Source: Octopus vulgaris (lineage: Eukaryota). Taken from it: DNA of 64,000 nt. The DNA lies in assembly GCA_951406725.2 (NCBI GenBank), contig OX597818.1, positions 124,868,001 to 124,932,000 of the forward strand, in the 5' to 3' direction. The position numbers were made by a program, and so were the translations under genes. Positions 61,704 to 64,000 of the stretch are shown piece by piece; within the stretch, counting starts at the first letter, position 1; each line of letters opens with the position of its first letter. Under the pieces are notes generated by a model. The model saw only the letters and a program-made list of their open reading frames with translations, searched no databases and was not told the origin of the DNA.

Positions 61704-63904
61704 TTAAACTGAACTTTCATCTAATGTCTACTCAAACTGGTTTCACTGGGAACAGGGATGGGGCATGCGATTGAGGGGCTAAACAACAACAACAAGAATC
61801 CTGTTTGTTCATATACAGCTGACAGATTGGGCCCCTGAAAGTTAAGGGCTCTGGTTATTTACACAGCACATAACCAGCACTAACAGAGCAGTGAATCATT
61901 TTGGTACCCTAACAATTTAGTCAACATAATTCAAGACTGACAGTAATTTTACATAATACTCCTTTGTTTTGAATCACACTATCTTTTATCTTTAACTTGT
62001 TTTAATCACTGGACTACAGCCATGCTGGGGCACCACCTTTAAGGGTTTAAGCGAACAACTCAATCCCAGTACTTAGACAGGCTTCTTTCAGTTTCTGCCT
62101 AGCAAATTCACTTGCAGGGCATTGGTCAGCCCAGTGCTATAGCAGATGTACCCAGGGTGCTACATGGTTAGGATTGAACCCAAAACAATGAGGTTGCAAA
62201 GTAAACTTCTGAGCCACACAGCCATGCCAGCACCTATGATGAGACAAATTTCCTCCTGGATAGAAAACTAGTCTACTGCAAGTTACTTTCCTTGCAGGAG
62301 AAACTGAAATCAGCTAATAAAGCACCACTATATTACCCTGCAATAATTACTTCCAACTCAAGCCACAAAAGGAACCTCTACATGGCTGTTCAAAAGGCTA
62401 GAAATAGCAGCCTAATCTTCAAATTACAACCGCCCATCTTAAAGAAAGAAAAACAAAAGAATATGGACTATATGGCCCTATATACTTCAAAATAAGACAG
62501 GATAGTCAAAGCTGGACTGCCAGTAATCATGGGGCTACTCATTCAGAGTTGGCCTGGAGTTTAACATGAGCCAACAAGAAAATTTGTGTTTGTCTTTGGA
62601 TGCATCATAAGGTTATAATTGAATACAAACTATTAGGTTTTTGGCCTCTGACTACTTCCCTTGTTGCCTCCCTCTTACACACACACACACACAATGTGAC
62701 CTGCTAGTAAAAGCAGCCAAATCCTCCTCAAACCACACCTTATCTTTAAAAAAGGTTATATTATATAATGTGGTCTAGAATACATTATCTGAAAGTAAGA
62801 GATGGCCATAGCTTGATTGTTTCAATTACAGGTGTCTACTCAATCAGAGTCAACAACAAAAGCCTACTTCCAACTAAGCAGACTTGGTTATTATTGGTCA
62901 AATGTCTTGCTCATGGACACAAAAATAGAGTGGAAAAGGAATTGACCACTGATCTCCTCTATTGGAAGGTAACCATAAGAAAAGAAAGCCAAAGAAGATA
63001 TAGAATGCCTGTAATTGTATATCTGTTTTAGTAGAGCTGGTCAGGAGCTAAACACCATCTTCATCATTTTAATGTCTGTGTTTCTATGGTTACATGGGTT
63101 GAACAGAATTTTCAGTGGTAGATTTTCTCCAGCCAGATACCCTTCATGTCTTCAACTCTCACCTCTTTCCAAGTAAGGTAACATTTCCCCCCATCGCTAG
63201 ACATGTTTTCATGGAAGAGTGCTAAGGACATCCCTTGTAACTATCAAGCAATATCAAAGCAAAGAGACAGTAAAACAAACAAACAAACACACACACACAC
63301 ACACACAGAGCAGGCTTCTTTTCAGTATACTGAATTCAATCACAGGGCTTTGCTTGACTCAGAGCAACAGTATAACGACACTTGTTTAGGGTTCTATTCC
63401 ATCAGCCCCAGAAAGATAACTAACAACATTAACTTACCAAAGAGGTTATTAAGTATCTAAGTCAAACTTCCTATAGCATCAATCATATCCATTATCCTTG
63501 AGAGCATATTGCATAATCTGGCTTTGAAAGATTAAAATGCCAACCATAGGTAAGACTAGGTTTATTAGTCCTACCTGTGTGAGTATAAGAGGTGTACAAC
63601 TAAGTATGTCATTAGAGTATTAACTTACAGACTAAACAGCTATAAGTATGTATCCTGCCGTGTGCACTGCTCTGCTTTTATTGCAAAGAAAATATCAATA
63701 GCACACTTTACCTGCATTTGGGTATGCACACATGCATGTATACACTCTACATAGATATATGACTCAAGGGTCAAGTGTTTTGTATATGGCAGTTATTAAG
63801 CTCAATGTTGCAAGTTCCAATTTTACCAGGAGTGATAAGTGCCATGCATGAAACTTTTCACTTTTGTAACTTTCTGTTCATCAAAAAAAAAGTGTGTGTG
63901 TGTT

Positions 63905-64000
63905 TAGGGGCTGCTGAAGAGTTCCTGGCCTTAAGGTTATCGCAAAAGGCCTGATTGGAGGCCCAGCTTTCTGAGTTCTTTTACTGGGATTAGAAAAACT
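63905..64000 (+). mobile_element. Mariner-derived MITE, cut by the window edge
   Basis: GGGGCTGCTGAAGAGTTCCTGGC... aligns to 46022 onward. Confidence 0.7.

Overview
This is AT-rich eukaryotic, essentially non-coding DNA (intron or intergenic). The SINE/LINE/microsatellite landscape suggests a cephalopod, probably Octopus (inference). There is no intact protein-coding gene, CRISPR array or intact tRNA/rRNA gene, and nearly all listed ORFs are microsatellite or repeat artefacts. The window is a nested transposon graveyard. It holds three tRNA-headed SINE families (called A, B and D here), many RTE-LINE 3' ends (family C), fragments of RTE, CR1, R4/Dong and Penelope-like retroelements, and Tc1/mariner, hAT, piggyBac and Helitron derivatives. 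The most notable signals are: (i) minimal type I hammerhead-ribozyme motifs with a palindromic, dimer-requiring stem III in two ~150-200 bp dispersed repeat families, one with a shared CUGUUGA core variant, plus a decayed one at the 3' end of a Penelope-like element; (ii) a ~1.9 kb inverted duplication whose arms run past Tc1-like TIRs to include twin 5S rRNA pseudogenes; (iii) a minisatellite apparently derived from a SINE head; (iv) a recurrent GGT junction at SINE-B 3' ends. All calls were made by eye, and boundaries of old repeats are approximate.
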